Both the position numbers and the translations under genes were made by a program. The notes below the pieces were generated by a model. It did no database searches, was not told the origin of the DNA, and worked only from the letters and a program-made list of their open reading frames with translations. Of a stretch of 32,000 bases of DNA, positions 8,754 to 17,354 are shown piece after piece. Positions within the stretch are counted from its first letter, which is position 1. Every line of letters starts with the position of its first letter. Source of the stretch: Pirellula staleyi DSM 6068 (lineage in GTDB: Bacteria > Planctomycetota > Planctomycetia > Pirellulales > Pirellulaceae); NCBI GenBank assembly GCA_000025185.1, contig CP001848.1, positions 3,810,001 through 3,842,000 of the forward strand, read 5' to 3'.

Positions 8754-9508
8754 CGAATCTGCTCGACGGTGGTGATGGTGATGGTCTCGGCTGGAAGTGA
8801 AGGAAAATCACCTTCCGCTTTCGTGCCACCAGCAGCAATCTGATCGATGATTTCCATCCCTTGGATCACTTCGCCAAACACGCAGTAGCCGTAGTCTTCG
8901 GCCGAATCAATCGATTGGTGATCGAGTCCGCTGTTGTCGGCGAGATTCACAAAAAACTGCGACGTCGCCGAATGTTCTGAATCGGGGTCGCGAGTCATCG
9001 CCACCGTGCCACGCTTGTTTTTGAGTCCATTGGCGGCTTCGTTGTAGATCGGCGAGCGGGTGGGCTTCGGAGCAAGGTCGGCACCATAGCCCCCCATGAT
9101 CACCATCATTCCAGGCTCGACATGATGCAGAATCGTGCCGGAGTAGAAATCGCGTTTAACATAGTCTCGCAAAAAGTTGTCAACCGTGCCGGGAGCTTTT
9201 TCACCGTAAAGTTGAATTTGGATATCGCCCGCGGTGGTGTGCACCACCACAATCGGGTCGACGTAAGGCTGCTCCACCACCTTTGCGGGAATGCTCGTGG
9301 TGTAGCTCTCTCCCACATCGCTCGCGCTAGTGCTGGTTGAAGCGGTGCTGGAGGTGGGGGGTGCTTCGATGCTGGCCGTGGGAGGTGTGGTCGACGATCC
9401 GCCGCAACCAACGCTTGTCAGTCCAAGGGCAACGCCTAGAACCCAAGTGGCTGAGGCTTGCCAGAAGTTCATGCCACCCAGCGTGGCCACTTGTTGCAAT
9501 CGACGCAT
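8750..9508 (-). CDS. Cyclophilin-type peptidyl-prolyl cis-trans isomerase, exported (probable lipoprotein)
   Basis: The ATG at 9508 has GGAGG 8 nt upstream. The signal peptide ends ..LTSVG-C. The cyclophilin core reads VVHTTAGDIQIQLYGEKAPGTVDNFL..GTVAMTRDPDSEHSATSQFFVNLADNSGLD..YCVFGEVIQGMEIIDQI. Confidence 0.93.
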   Translation of the reverse strand: MRRLQQVATLGGMNFWQASATWVLGVALGLTSVGCGGSSTTPPTASIEAPPTSSTASTSTSASDVGESYTTSIPAKVVEQPYVDPIVVVHTTAGDIQIQLYGEKAPGTVDNFLRDYVKRDFYSGTILHHVEPGMMVIMGGYGADLAPKPTRSPIYNEAANGLKNKRGTVAMTRDPDSEHSATSQFFVNLADNSGLDHQSIDSAEDYGYCVFGEVIQGMEIIDQIAAGGTKAEGDFPSLPAETITITTVEQIR

Positions 9509-9648
9509 CGCTAAACCTCCATGTGAAACTTGCCGCCGCTAGATCGCTGGCGAAGAGCATCCCTAGCTCGCGGGGACCATCCGGTGTCGCTATATCCAGG
9601 AAAATGGGGTTTGGTGCAACAGCGGTTCTCGCCGCCCGTCAATCGCCG

Positions 9649-9677
9649 CTGACGCGACTGCGAAATCTCGCTAGAAT
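9649..9677 (+). promoter_or_regulatory. Candidate sigma70-like promoter for murB
   Basis: CTGACG (9649-9654), a 17-nt spacer, then TAGAAT (9672-9677), about 67 nt upstream of the murB ATG. Planctomycete promoter rules are poorly known, so this is only a pattern match. Confidence 0.25.
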
Positions 9678-9743
9678 CAGGGGAATGGAGGCGGTCGGCC
9701 CGTCCCGGGGCAATGGGGTCTCGGGATACTTCTCTGCTATCGG

Positions 9744-10679
9744 ATGGCGATTAGCAGGCCGATCGCGTTTCGAATTTTCGGTCCCGAGAACGAGTTTGAC
9801 ATGGCATTTCCTAGCGGATTCGAACATATCACGCGCGAGCAAGAGCAGCTGGCCCCTTTCACCTGGTTCCGCATCGGTGGAGCCGCGCAATTCTGGGTGG
9901 AACCGACTTCGATCGAAGAACTGGCCGCTGTCGTGCGCGCCGCTGCCGCCGAAGGGCTCATGATTCGGGTGCTCGGCGGAGGATCGAATCTGCTGGTCCG
10001 CGACGAAGGTGTGAGTGGCGTGGTGCTACACCTCACTGCCGCCGCCTTCGCCAAAATCGAAGTCAATAAGAAGCGAATCATCGCAGGTGGCGGGGCCAAG
10101 CTGGGGCACGTTGTCTCGACAGCAGTCCGCGAAGGTCTGGCAGGACTCGAGCAACTGGTCGGCATTCCCGGCACACTGGGCGGGGCACTGCGGAGCAACG
10201 CCGGAACCCATGGTGGTGATATTGGTCAATGGACCACGTCGGCCACTGTGATGACTCGCAGCGGCGAAATCTTGACGCGCTCGAAAGACGAATTGCGATT
10301 TGGCTATCGGGCCAGCAGTCTCGACGAGCTCGTGATTCTCGAAGCAACGCTCGATCTCGAAATGGCCAGTAGCGCGATGCTGACCAAGCAAATGCAGCAG
10401 ACCTGGATTTTGAAGAAGGCGCAGCTTCCGTCGGCCGATCAAGCGACCAGCTGCATTTTCAAAAATCCAGGTGGTGTGAGCGCTGCGAGCTTGATTGAAG
10501 AAGCAGGGATGCATAGCGCTCGCGTCGGTAACGCGGAAGTGAGTGATCGCAACGCCGCCTACATCGTCGCGCAGCCTGGTTGCACCAGCCGCGAAGTCAT
10601 CGAGTTGATTGAACTCATTCGTAAAACGGTAGCCGATCGAACCGGTGTCGACCTCGAAACCGCCATCGAGATCTGGTAG
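9744..10679 (+). CDS. murB: UDP-N-acetylenolpyruvoylglucosamine reductase
   Basis: MurB FAD-binding N-terminal pattern: FTWFRIGGAAQFWVEPTSIEELAAVV..RVLGGGSNLLVRDEGVSGVVLHL. The C-terminal domain reads SCIFKNPGG..AGMHSARVGNAEVSDRNAAYIV. ATG at 9744, with an alternative ATG at 9801. Confidence 0.93.
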   Translation: MAISRPIAFRIFGPENEFDMAFPSGFEHITREQEQLAPFTWFRIGGAAQFWVEPTSIEELAAVVRAAAAEGLMIRVLGGGSNLLVRDEGVSGVVLHLTAAAFAKIEVNKKRIIAGGGAKLGHVVSTAVREGLAGLEQLVGIPGTLGGALRSNAGTHGGDIGQWTTSATVMTRSGEILTRSKDELRFGYRASSLDELVILEATLDLEMASSAMLTKQMQQTWILKKAQLPSADQATSCIFKNPGGVSAASLIEEAGMHSARVGNAEVSDRNAAYIVAQPGCTSREVIELIELIRKTVADRTGVDLETAIEIW

Positions 10680-10742
10680 CAACGATTCGCTCTCGAAGAG
10701 AAGCCATCCAGTCATCGAGTGCACGACAAAGGAGGTCGACGC

Positions 10743-11735
10743 TTGGCCGCGAAGAAAGACAAGGACAAGTCGAAAGAGTCGGATAAGAAGGACGAAAAGA
10801 AAGAGAAATCCCCAGCGCCAGCCAAAAAGGTGGCAGCAGGAAGCTCGATCTTCAGCCTGCTCTTCGCGCGCGGCTATCGCGAAATCTTCCTTTCGGCGAT
10901 CTTGCTCATCGGGGGAATCGTTGGACTCCGTTTAGCCTGGGATCGACTCTCGGGCTCGCTGGCAACAGATCCACGCTATCAGGTCACCGCCGAACAAATC
11001 GTGGTGACACCCCAGCCTGCGTGGATTCATGCCGACGTGAAAGCAGAAGTGATTCGCGACTCGAGCTTGTCGCAGCTGTCGCTCACCGATCCCAAGTGTG
11101 CCGAACGCGTAGGGCAAGCGTTTGCCATGCACAGCTGGATCGAACGCGTTGTGCGTGTCGAAAAACAATATCCATCGCGCATTGTGGTCGAGGTGGCGTA
11201 TCGAAGTCCGATCGCAGCGGTCGAGGTTGCCGGTAGCGGCACAGCTGGGCTGCTGTTTGTAGATGCTGCGGGGATCCTGCTTCCTTCGCAAGATTTTGCG
11301 GAGAACCAAACGCGAAACTTCCTGCGCATCGATGCCGGGCGAACAGCTCCCTCGGGAGTTGAAGGGATGCCGTGGGGAGATGCCAAGGTGGTGAAGGGGG
11401 CTGCAATTGCTGCTGCCCTAGGGGAGCGGTTTAAAGATTTGTCGCTCTACAAAATTGTGGCCACCACCACATCGACTGGCAACGAGCAGTTTGAACTGCA
11501 AACCCGCGATGGGGGACGCATCATTTGGGGGCATGCACCTGCCAGTGAACCGCTCGGAGAGCCGACAGCATCGAGCAAAATTGCTCGCCTCGAGGCCGAA
11601 GCGACCACGCGTGGCGGGCTATCGCTCAGCACCTTGCGCGAGCCGCTCGATCTCACCCGTCCCGCACCACCGATACCAGTCACTTCCGGAAGCAGCACCA
11701 GCCCGCCAGCTGCGGCTGCAATTTCGGCATCGTAG
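10743..11735 (+). CDS. FtsQ-like (POTRA-containing) bitopic membrane protein
   Basis: The track start at 10719 is a GTG. The in-frame TTG at 10743 has a strong GGAGG (10731-10735) 7 nt upstream. The architecture is a Lys/Glu-rich cytoplasmic tail, one TM helix (IFLSAILLIGGIVGLRLAW), then an FtsQ-type POTRA pattern (YQVTAEQIVVTPQP..VVRVEKQYPSRIVVEVAYRSPIAAVEV..LLFVDAAGILLP). It starts about 60 nt downstream of murB, the position ftsQ occupies in dcw clusters. Confidence 0.6.
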   Translation: MAAKKDKDKSKESDKKDEKKEKSPAPAKKVAAGSSIFSLLFARGYREIFLSAILLIGGIVGLRLAWDRLSGSLATDPRYQVTAEQIVVTPQPAWIHADVKAEVIRDSSLSQLSLTDPKCAERVGQAFAMHSWIERVVRVEKQYPSRIVVEVAYRSPIAAVEVAGSGTAGLLFVDAAGILLPSQDFAENQTRNFLRIDAGRTAPSGVEGMPWGDAKVVKGAAIAAALGERFKDLSLYKIVATTTSTGNEQFELQTRDGGRIIWGHAPASEPLGEPTASSKIARLEAEATTRGGLSLSTLREPLDLTRPAPPIPVTSGSSTSPPAAAAISAS

Positions 11736-11827
11736 TCCGATCAGTTGAGCGCGCAGTACAAGTGGCGCTCGTGTAAAATTGACGGACCAGCGGCTGCAAG
11801 CAAGCTGACGCGTACCTGAGCAAGGAG

Positions 11828-12112
11828 CTACTTGGCCTTGCGAGGAGCAGGGGAGGGGAGCAGCTTTTGCTGTTCAACCGGAGTCGAAGCGACTTGCACC
11901 TCAGCGACACTCGTCGTGCCACCGGCGCTTAAAGGAAGTGCGGCTGCACTTTCGACAGCCGCTTTCGTTGCGAGTTCTTCACGCACCACCGCCATGTGTG
12001 ATGGTGCTTCGATGCCGATCCGGACACCACCGCCAGAGATTCTCACGACGGTGATGGCAATTTGATCGCCAATCAGAATCCGTTCACCAACTTTCCGACT
12101 CAGTACTAGCAT
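11828..12112 (-). CDS. csrA: Carbon storage regulator CsrA with a ~45-aa C-terminal extension
   Basis: [47 protein letters not shown] is a near-canonical CsrA core. The ATG at 12112 is preceded by AAGGAA. Confidence 0.93.
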   Translation of the reverse strand: MLVLSRKVGERILIGDQIAITVVRISGGGVRIGIEAPSHMAVVREELATKAAVESAAALPLSAGGTTSVAEVQVASTPVEQQKLLPSPAPRKAK

Positions 12113-12260
12113 GACGCATTCCTTGCTTAGCGGGCCTTAGGGAACCCAACTACACGCCCCTTAACCTTGGGAACGATAGCAAAGCTGTCGCGTCGTTGCA
12201 ATCAGAAGGATCGTAGGAAAGTTTTGGCGTCGGATACTTGCGTAAGATGCGAGCTATGGG

Positions 12261-13448
12261 CTATTTGGCTGCGTTCTGGTAAACCGTGGTCGCAGCAGCA
12301 ATGCTGGCCCCGCGCTGGAACTGATAACCCTGTTCAGCCAGCAGCTGTTCGAGAGCCGACAGGATCAGCAGCACATTGGCTGGTCGGCTGCCGTAGCCCA
12401 TCAGACCAATTCGCCACACTTTGCCTTTATACGCACCCAATCCCGCACCAATTTCGATGCCGAAACGATTCAGCAGGTCTCCACGCACTTTGGCGTCGTC
12501 GATTCCTTCAGGAATCAGCACCGCGTTCAGCTGGGGCAGGATATGGCCTTCCTGCGTGCTGTATTTGATGCCAATCGCTTCCAAACCGGCCCGCAGCGCC
12601 TTGTGATTCAGCGCATGGCGAGCGTGGCACTTCTCGAGCCCTTCCTCGAGCACCAATCGGAGTGCTTCATAGAGGGCGTAAGTCATGTTGATCGGGCCGG
12701 TGTGGTGATACACGCGGTTCTGACCCCAGTAGTTGGCCAGCATCGAGACGTCGAGGTACCAGCTTTGCACCTTGGTCTTGCGGCTCATCACCTTTTCCAT
12801 CGCAGCGGGGCTGAACGAAACGGGAGAGAGACCCGGCGGACAGCTGAGGCACTTTTGCGTGCCGGAGTAGATCGCGTCGATGTTCCAGGCATCGACTTCC
12901 AGCGGAATGCCACCCAGGGCAGTCACGGCATCGACCGCCAGCAGAGCGTTGTACGAATGGACCAGCTTTGAAATCTCCTCGATCGGCTGCCAAGCACCGG
13001 TCGAAGTCTCGGCCATCACAATTCCCACCACCTTCGGACGGACCGATTCCAGAACCGGCTTCAGGTCGTCGACCGTAAAGACTTCCCCCCACGGACGTTC
13101 GATCTTGGTCACTTCGGCACCAGCCCGCTGGGCGACATCGACCATCCGTCCGCCGAATACACCATTCACACAGACGATCATTTTATCGCCCGGCTCGATC
13201 AGGTTATCGACCACCGCTTCCATGCCGGCGGAACCGGTTCCGCTAATCGCCATCGTCATCGGGTTCTTGGTGCGGTAAACCTGGCGGAGCATCTCCTGCA
13301 GGCCGTTCATCGTCTCGAGGTAATACGGGTCGAGATGCCCGACCGTTCCCTTGGCGAGAGCCTGCAAAACTCGAGGATGGGTATCGCTTGGCCCTGGGCC
13401 CATCAGCACGCGAACAGGAGGATTGAGTTCAGGAAAAGTAGTGGTCAC
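12261..13448 (-). CDS. Class-V PLP aminotransferase (serine-pyruvate / alanine-glyoxylate aminotransferase-like)
   Basis: N-terminal VRVLMGPGPSDTHPRVLQAL, GTGSAGMEA, and the PLP-lysine motif YSGTQKCLSCPPGLSP. The 518-aa track ORF overlaps the divergent gene. I place the start at the GTG at 13448 (GGAG 8 nt upstream), which gives about 396 aa, a normal size for this family. Confidence 0.88.
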   Translation of the reverse strand: MTTTFPELNPPVRVLMGPGPSDTHPRVLQALAKGTVGHLDPYYLETMNGLQEMLRQVYRTKNPMTMAISGTGSAGMEAVVDNLIEPGDKMIVCVNGVFGGRMVDVAQRAGAEVTKIERPWGEVFTVDDLKPVLESVRPKVVGIVMAETSTGAWQPIEEISKLVHSYNALLAVDAVTALGGIPLEVDAWNIDAIYSGTQKCLSCPPGLSPVSFSPAAMEKVMSRKTKVQSWYLDVSMLANYWGQNRVYHHTGPINMTYALYEALRLVLEEGLEKCHARHALNHKALRAGLEAIGIKYSTQEGHILPQLNAVLIPEGIDDAKVRGDLLNRFGIEIGAGLGAYKGKVWRIGLMGYGSRPANVLLILSALEQLLAEQGYQFQRGASIAAATTVYQNAAK

Positions 13449-13629
13449 CGGAGAGGCTCCAGAAGTTTCGCTTCGCGCGACTGGCCGGCAGCAGATAGCG
13501 TCGCCAGCGGCCAAAAAATAGAAATTCAAAGAACGAGTGACGAGGGTCTGAGGTGGCCCTCTAGAGTTGTTTTGTTGTACATTCAGCCGCCCTCGCCTGC
13601 CAGTGTGCAACCTAATCTCGGCGCTACTG

Positions 13630-14790
13630 ATGACCGTTACCCCCGAAGCCACCTCCGCCGCGATCATTCCGCGTGCATCCCCTGCGATCTCGCAGCGGCT
13701 GCGCCGCGCCGTGGTGGTGCTGGTGACGCTCGGCATCGCGGGAGTGCTGGCGGTTTGGCAGTTCGCGCCGGGAGTGCGGCCCCCCTTAACTGAGTCGGTG
13801 GTGAGTCCTGCGACCACGAGCAGCCCCGCTGCAGGAGAGGTTTCCCCGCCAAGGGCCGAGCAGCTTTCGCCCGACCTTGCCCTCTATCGCGAGATGACGC
13901 GTGCCGTGGCTCGCGGCGAAATCTACTACACAGCAGCGGCTCGCGAGATCCCGCGGCACGGCTTTCCCGCCACTTCGACCCTCAATTTTCGCCTCCCCAC
14001 CTACGCCTGGTGCTTTGCGCTCGTGCCCGATGAACGGATCCTCCAAGGGATTTTGCTTGCGCTTTGTCTCGTCGGGCTGGTCCTGACGATGCAGCAAGTG
14101 GCGGCTGACGAAGGAGCATTTCCCGCGATTATCGCCACCATCCTGCAAGCGGGCGTGCTTCGCTGGAGCATCGATGGCTATGCGTTTTACGCCCAAGAAT
14201 TGTGGGCAGCAGCGCTAATCGTGATTGCGATCGCTACGTTCGAGCAGCGATCGCTCGTCGCGATGCTTGCGTTAACCTTAGCCGCCCTTTTTCGAGAACT
14301 CGCGCTACCGCTGCTTCCACTAGCAGTGCTCGTCTCGTGGCTCGGAAAACGACGTCGCGACGCTGTTATCTACACGCTTTTAACCCTGGCGCTAGTCACC
14401 TTCTACTACTGGCACCATCAGCAGGTGCAGCAAGTGACCGCCGGACTAGCCGCCACACGCCCCTCGCTCGACCTGGGGCAATGGCTCGCTTTCCAAGGCA
14501 CCAACTTCTGGATTCTGGCCACGCGCATGAACAGCTGGCTGCTCCACGTGCCGGAAATCGTGGTGCTACTCTACCTTTTTCTAGCGGCGATTGGTCTGGC
14601 CGATCAGGCACAGTTGCGAGCACGCTGGATGCAGCTGTTTGTGGCCGCGTTCTACATCGGCACGCTCTTCATCGGTCGGGCGGAGAATCAGTACTGGGGG
14701 CTGATAGTCGCGCCGATGCTAAGCATCGGTTTCGCGTCGCTTCCAGCCACGCTCGCACGCTGGTGGCGATCCGATTCTGCTTCCAGATAA
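13630..14790 (+). CDS. Polytopic membrane protein, possibly a GT-C (GT87/DUF2029-like) glycosyltransferase
   Basis: About 9-10 hydrophobic helices. The first extracytoplasmic loop carries PDLALYREMTRAVARGEIYY, which resembles the D-x-x-Y...G..Y loop of PimE-type mannosyltransferases. The first ATG is at 13630; the track start at 13567 is a TTG. The functional call is weak. Confidence 0.65.
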   Translation: MTVTPEATSAAIIPRASPAISQRLRRAVVVLVTLGIAGVLAVWQFAPGVRPPLTESVVSPATTSSPAAGEVSPPRAEQLSPDLALYREMTRAVARGEIYYTAAAREIPRHGFPATSTLNFRLPTYAWCFALVPDERILQGILLALCLVGLVLTMQQVAADEGAFPAIIATILQAGVLRWSIDGYAFYAQELWAAALIVIAIATFEQRSLVAMLALTLAALFRELALPLLPLAVLVSWLGKRRRDAVIYTLLTLALVTFYYWHHQQVQQVTAGLAATRPSLDLGQWLAFQGTNFWILATRMNSWLLHVPEIVVLLYLFLAAIGLADQAQLRARWMQLFVAAFYIGTLFIGRAENQYWGLIVAPMLSIGFASLPATLARWWRSDSASR

Positions 14791-14818
14791 GCTTGCAGAA
14801 TGCTGGACGCTTCTCGAC

Positions 14819-15637
14819 TTAAATCGACCATTCGGAGAGCGATAAGCCAGTGAGAGCCCGCAGCTGTTCAGTATCGGGACGCAAAAAGTCTTGCAGCCGC
14901 TCGCGGATCTCGGCGGGCAACTTCTCGGCGTATTCCGATTTAGTCTTTCGAGAAGTTTTGAGCAAAAACGGGCGAACCAGACGCTTATGAAAGCTCTTGC
15001 CGAGCCGCCAAATGGCTCGCACCAGTTTGTTGCCAGTCCCGGGCTTCTCGTTGCTTAGGTGAAACGCCTCGTCGAACACGGGGCTGCTGAACTTGGCATC
15101 GACCTCGAGAAACGCATAGATCCACTGCATCACTTCGCGCGTGTTGTCCCGGAGATCGTCAGCAGAAACAGTTAGCGTTTGCGACTGTGGAAATAGCTTC
15201 AAATATTCCATCCACTGCCGATGATACTGGCTCGGAATGCAGTACAGATCGTTGTCGCTAGGATTCCGAAGGGCTTCAGCGATCGGCCGTTTTTCGCGTC
15301 CGCGATCCACTTCGTGCCAGTAGTGGGAAACGATCCGCTCCACTGGGTCGCGTACGACATAAATTAGCTTTGCCTGTGGCAACAGCGCATGTATCTTCTC
15401 GGCGCATCCTGGGTAGAACGGATGCTTGGTGTAGTCTGGCGAGGCTTCCCCGATCGCTTTCCGATTCTCACGGAAAAAACTTTGGTACCACGCGAGTCCT
15501 TTTTCTTCCATGACGCCGGGGAGGAAGAACTTCGTTTCCTTGCTCACCGACATCGAGATTTCGGGATGAGCTTCGAGGTAGTGATAGAGACTGCTGGTGC
15601 CCGATTTCATGGCCCCGATGACCAAAAAATTGGGCAT
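14819..15637 (-). CDS. Sulfotransferase (PAPS-dependent)
   Basis: 5'-PSB motif PNFLVIGAMKSGTSSL and 3'-PB region YVVRDPVERIVSHYWH. I prefer the ATG at 15637, immediately before the PSB loop. The track start at 15748 is a TTG and cannot be excluded. Confidence 0.85.
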   Translation of the reverse strand: MPNFLVIGAMKSGTSSLYHYLEAHPEISMSVSKETKFFLPGVMEEKGLAWYQSFFRENRKAIGEASPDYTKHPFYPGCAEKIHALLPQAKLIYVVRDPVERIVSHYWHEVDRGREKRPIAEALRNPSDNDLYCIPSQYHRQWMEYLKLFPQSQTLTVSADDLRDNTREVMQWIYAFLEVDAKFSSPVFDEAFHLSNEKPGTGNKLVRAIWRLGKSFHKRLVRPFLLKTSRKTKSEYAEKLPAEIRERLQDFLRPDTEQLRALTGLSLSEWSI

Positions 15638-15939
15638 CAGGCCAGTCGGTTTGGTGAGCAGCCGCAAAGCCGTCGATTTTGCAGCGCGAAGTGACGTCAC
15701 GATTTCGGTTCCTTCCGAGACAGAGAATCCAGGCCGAATTGGAATCAACTCGGGCCAATCTCACAAGACGAAATGGGTCGTGAACGCGGCCGCTGGAAAG
15801 CAATTTTTCGTGGTTGGGGGCTCTCCGACGTTGTTTTTGCTACCAAAGGCCAGCTATCATTCAACGCAGGTTTCTCGCCAATCCAGCGCAGTCGCGCTCT
15901 ATGTCCTCTCCATTAGTCCTGCCCGCGAAAGGTGAATTC

Positions 15940-17016
15940 ATGCCTCGTAGTTCGAAACGAAATACAACCGACGGACGCCGCGAGTTTCTCAAGACGAGCG
16001 CTGTAGTGGCTGGTGCCCTCGCTGTCGCCCCCTTTGCCGTCCATGCGGAAGATAAAGCCGAAAGCACCCACCCCATCATCGGAAGTGGCAAGCACCAGTA
16101 TGAGTGTCATCACGGCTGGGGCGAAGTTCCCGACTCGATTCCATGGCACGAGACCCACGGTGTGACTGTCGACCGCGAAGGGCTGATCTACGTTAAGCAT
16201 CGCAGTGCTGGTAAAGACCCGATCGACACCATCGTGGTGTTCGACCCGACCGGAAAGTTCGTCCGCTCGTTCGGTAAAGAATATCACGGCGGTGGACACG
16301 GCATCGATCTGCGTCTCGAAGGAAACGAAGAGTTCCTCTATCTCAGCGACGTGAAGAACAACGTCGTGGTGAAAACCAACCTCAAAGGGGAGCAAGTTTG
16401 GGTGAAGGGAAAGCCTGAAGAACCAGGCGTCTATACCGAAGGTAAGAAGTATTGTCCCACCAACGTGGCGCTCGGCACCGACGGCGGGTTTTATATCGCC
16501 GACGGTTACGGCTCGCACTTCATCCATCAGTACGACAAAGACGCGAAGTGGATTCGCACTTTTGGTGGTGCCGGCAAAGAGCCAGGCAAAATGCAAACTC
16601 CTCATGGTCTGATGGTGGATCAGCGTGCTGGTCGCGAGCCGTCACTCCTCGTGGCAGATCGCGCGAATGCTCGCCTGCAGTATTTCACACTCGATGGCCA
16701 GCATCAGAGCTTTGTCGACGATGTGAGCTTCCCTGCCCATGTCGATTTCCGAGGCGATTTGATGCTGATCGCCGACCTGCATGCTCGTGTGTCGATTTTC
16801 GGAGCCGATAACAAAGCGATCGTGCACCTGGGTTACGACGCCGATTGGACCAAGCAGGCCCTCGCCAATGGTTTTGCGATGCGCCGCGATCCCAAGCAAT
16901 GGCAAGCAGGTCGTTTCGTTCACCCGCACGATGCCTGCTTCGACAAAGATGGGAACATCTTCGTGGTCGAATGGGTTTCGACAGGCCGGGTGACGTTCCT
17001 GAAGAAAGTGGTTTAA
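15940..17016 (+). CDS. Tat-exported six-bladed beta-propeller (NHL repeat; peptidyl-alpha-hydroxyglycine lyase-like)
   Basis: ATG at 15940 (AAGGTG upstream) gives MPRSSKRNTTDGRREFLKTSAVVAGALAVAPFAVHA, a textbook twin-arginine signal. NHL-like blades repeat (GLIYV, FLYLSD, GFYIADGYG, LLVADRANARLQYF, LMLIADL, NIFVVEW). Confidence 0.85.
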   Translation: MPRSSKRNTTDGRREFLKTSAVVAGALAVAPFAVHAEDKAESTHPIIGSGKHQYECHHGWGEVPDSIPWHETHGVTVDREGLIYVKHRSAGKDPIDTIVVFDPTGKFVRSFGKEYHGGGHGIDLRLEGNEEFLYLSDVKNNVVVKTNLKGEQVWVKGKPEEPGVYTEGKKYCPTNVALGTDGGFYIADGYGSHFIHQYDKDAKWIRTFGGAGKEPGKMQTPHGLMVDQRAGREPSLLVADRANARLQYFTLDGQHQSFVDDVSFPAHVDFRGDLMLIADLHARVSIFGADNKAIVHLGYDADWTKQALANGFAMRRDPKQWQAGRFVHPHDACFDKDGNIFVVEWVSTGRVTFLKKVV

Positions 17017-17060
17017 TTCGCTAAGTCCTGCGATTCGCAGGTCGCCCGATCAACACCGAG

Positions 17061-17095
17061 CGCGAGTTAGTTTCCCCAACTGACTCGCGTTTTTC
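17061..17095 (+). terminator. Strong Rho-independent terminator in a convergent gap
   Basis: 12-bp stem (17061-17072 CGCGAGTTAGTT pairs with 17078-17089 AACTGACTCGCG, one G-U pair), loop TCCCC, then TTTTT (17090-17094). It lies 45 nt after the stop of the beta-propeller gene. An A-run precedes it on the other strand, so it may also end the convergent minus-strand cluster. Confidence 0.8.
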
Positions 17096-17143
17096 ATGCG
17101 CTGAGCCAGCGGCACCAACTCATCACTAAGCAGATGCGCCGAA

Positions 17144-17347
17144 TCAGATACTCGGCTGATTGGCGGCCGGAGCGGGCTCCGCGGGGGGAGCAGATTCCGG
17201 CGACTTGTCGCGGGGCTTGGTGTCGTCAGCGGCAGGAGCAGTCACTGGCACGGGCTGAGGTGGAAAGAATTGCTGTTCGGCTAAGCGCGCAAAGGTTCCA
17301 AGTCCTACGCCGAGAAACACAATCGTCGTCCGTCCAAAAAGTTTCAT
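17144..17347 (-). CDS. Small (67 aa) membrane-anchored protein with a Pro/Ala-rich tail
   Basis: The ATG lies 7 nt after the stop of the upstream gene. There is an N-terminal hydrophobic helix (TTIVFLGVGLGTF) followed by PPQPVPVTAPAADDTKPRDKSPESAPPAEPAPAANQP. No homolog is recognisable, so it could be a spurious ORF. Confidence 0.4.
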   Translation of the reverse strand: MKLFGRTTIVFLGVGLGTFARLAEQQFFPPQPVPVTAPAADDTKPRDKSPESAPPAEPAPAANQPSI

Positions 17348-17354
17348 GTGCGAC

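Noticed and set aside
13449-13817. 123-codon N-terminal extension of the aminotransferase ORF
   Set aside because: The extension overlaps the divergent membrane-protein gene and has Arg/Thr/Ser-rich, protein-unlike sequence. It would make the enzyme about 120 aa longer than its family. A GTG with GGAG at 13448 gives the normal length.
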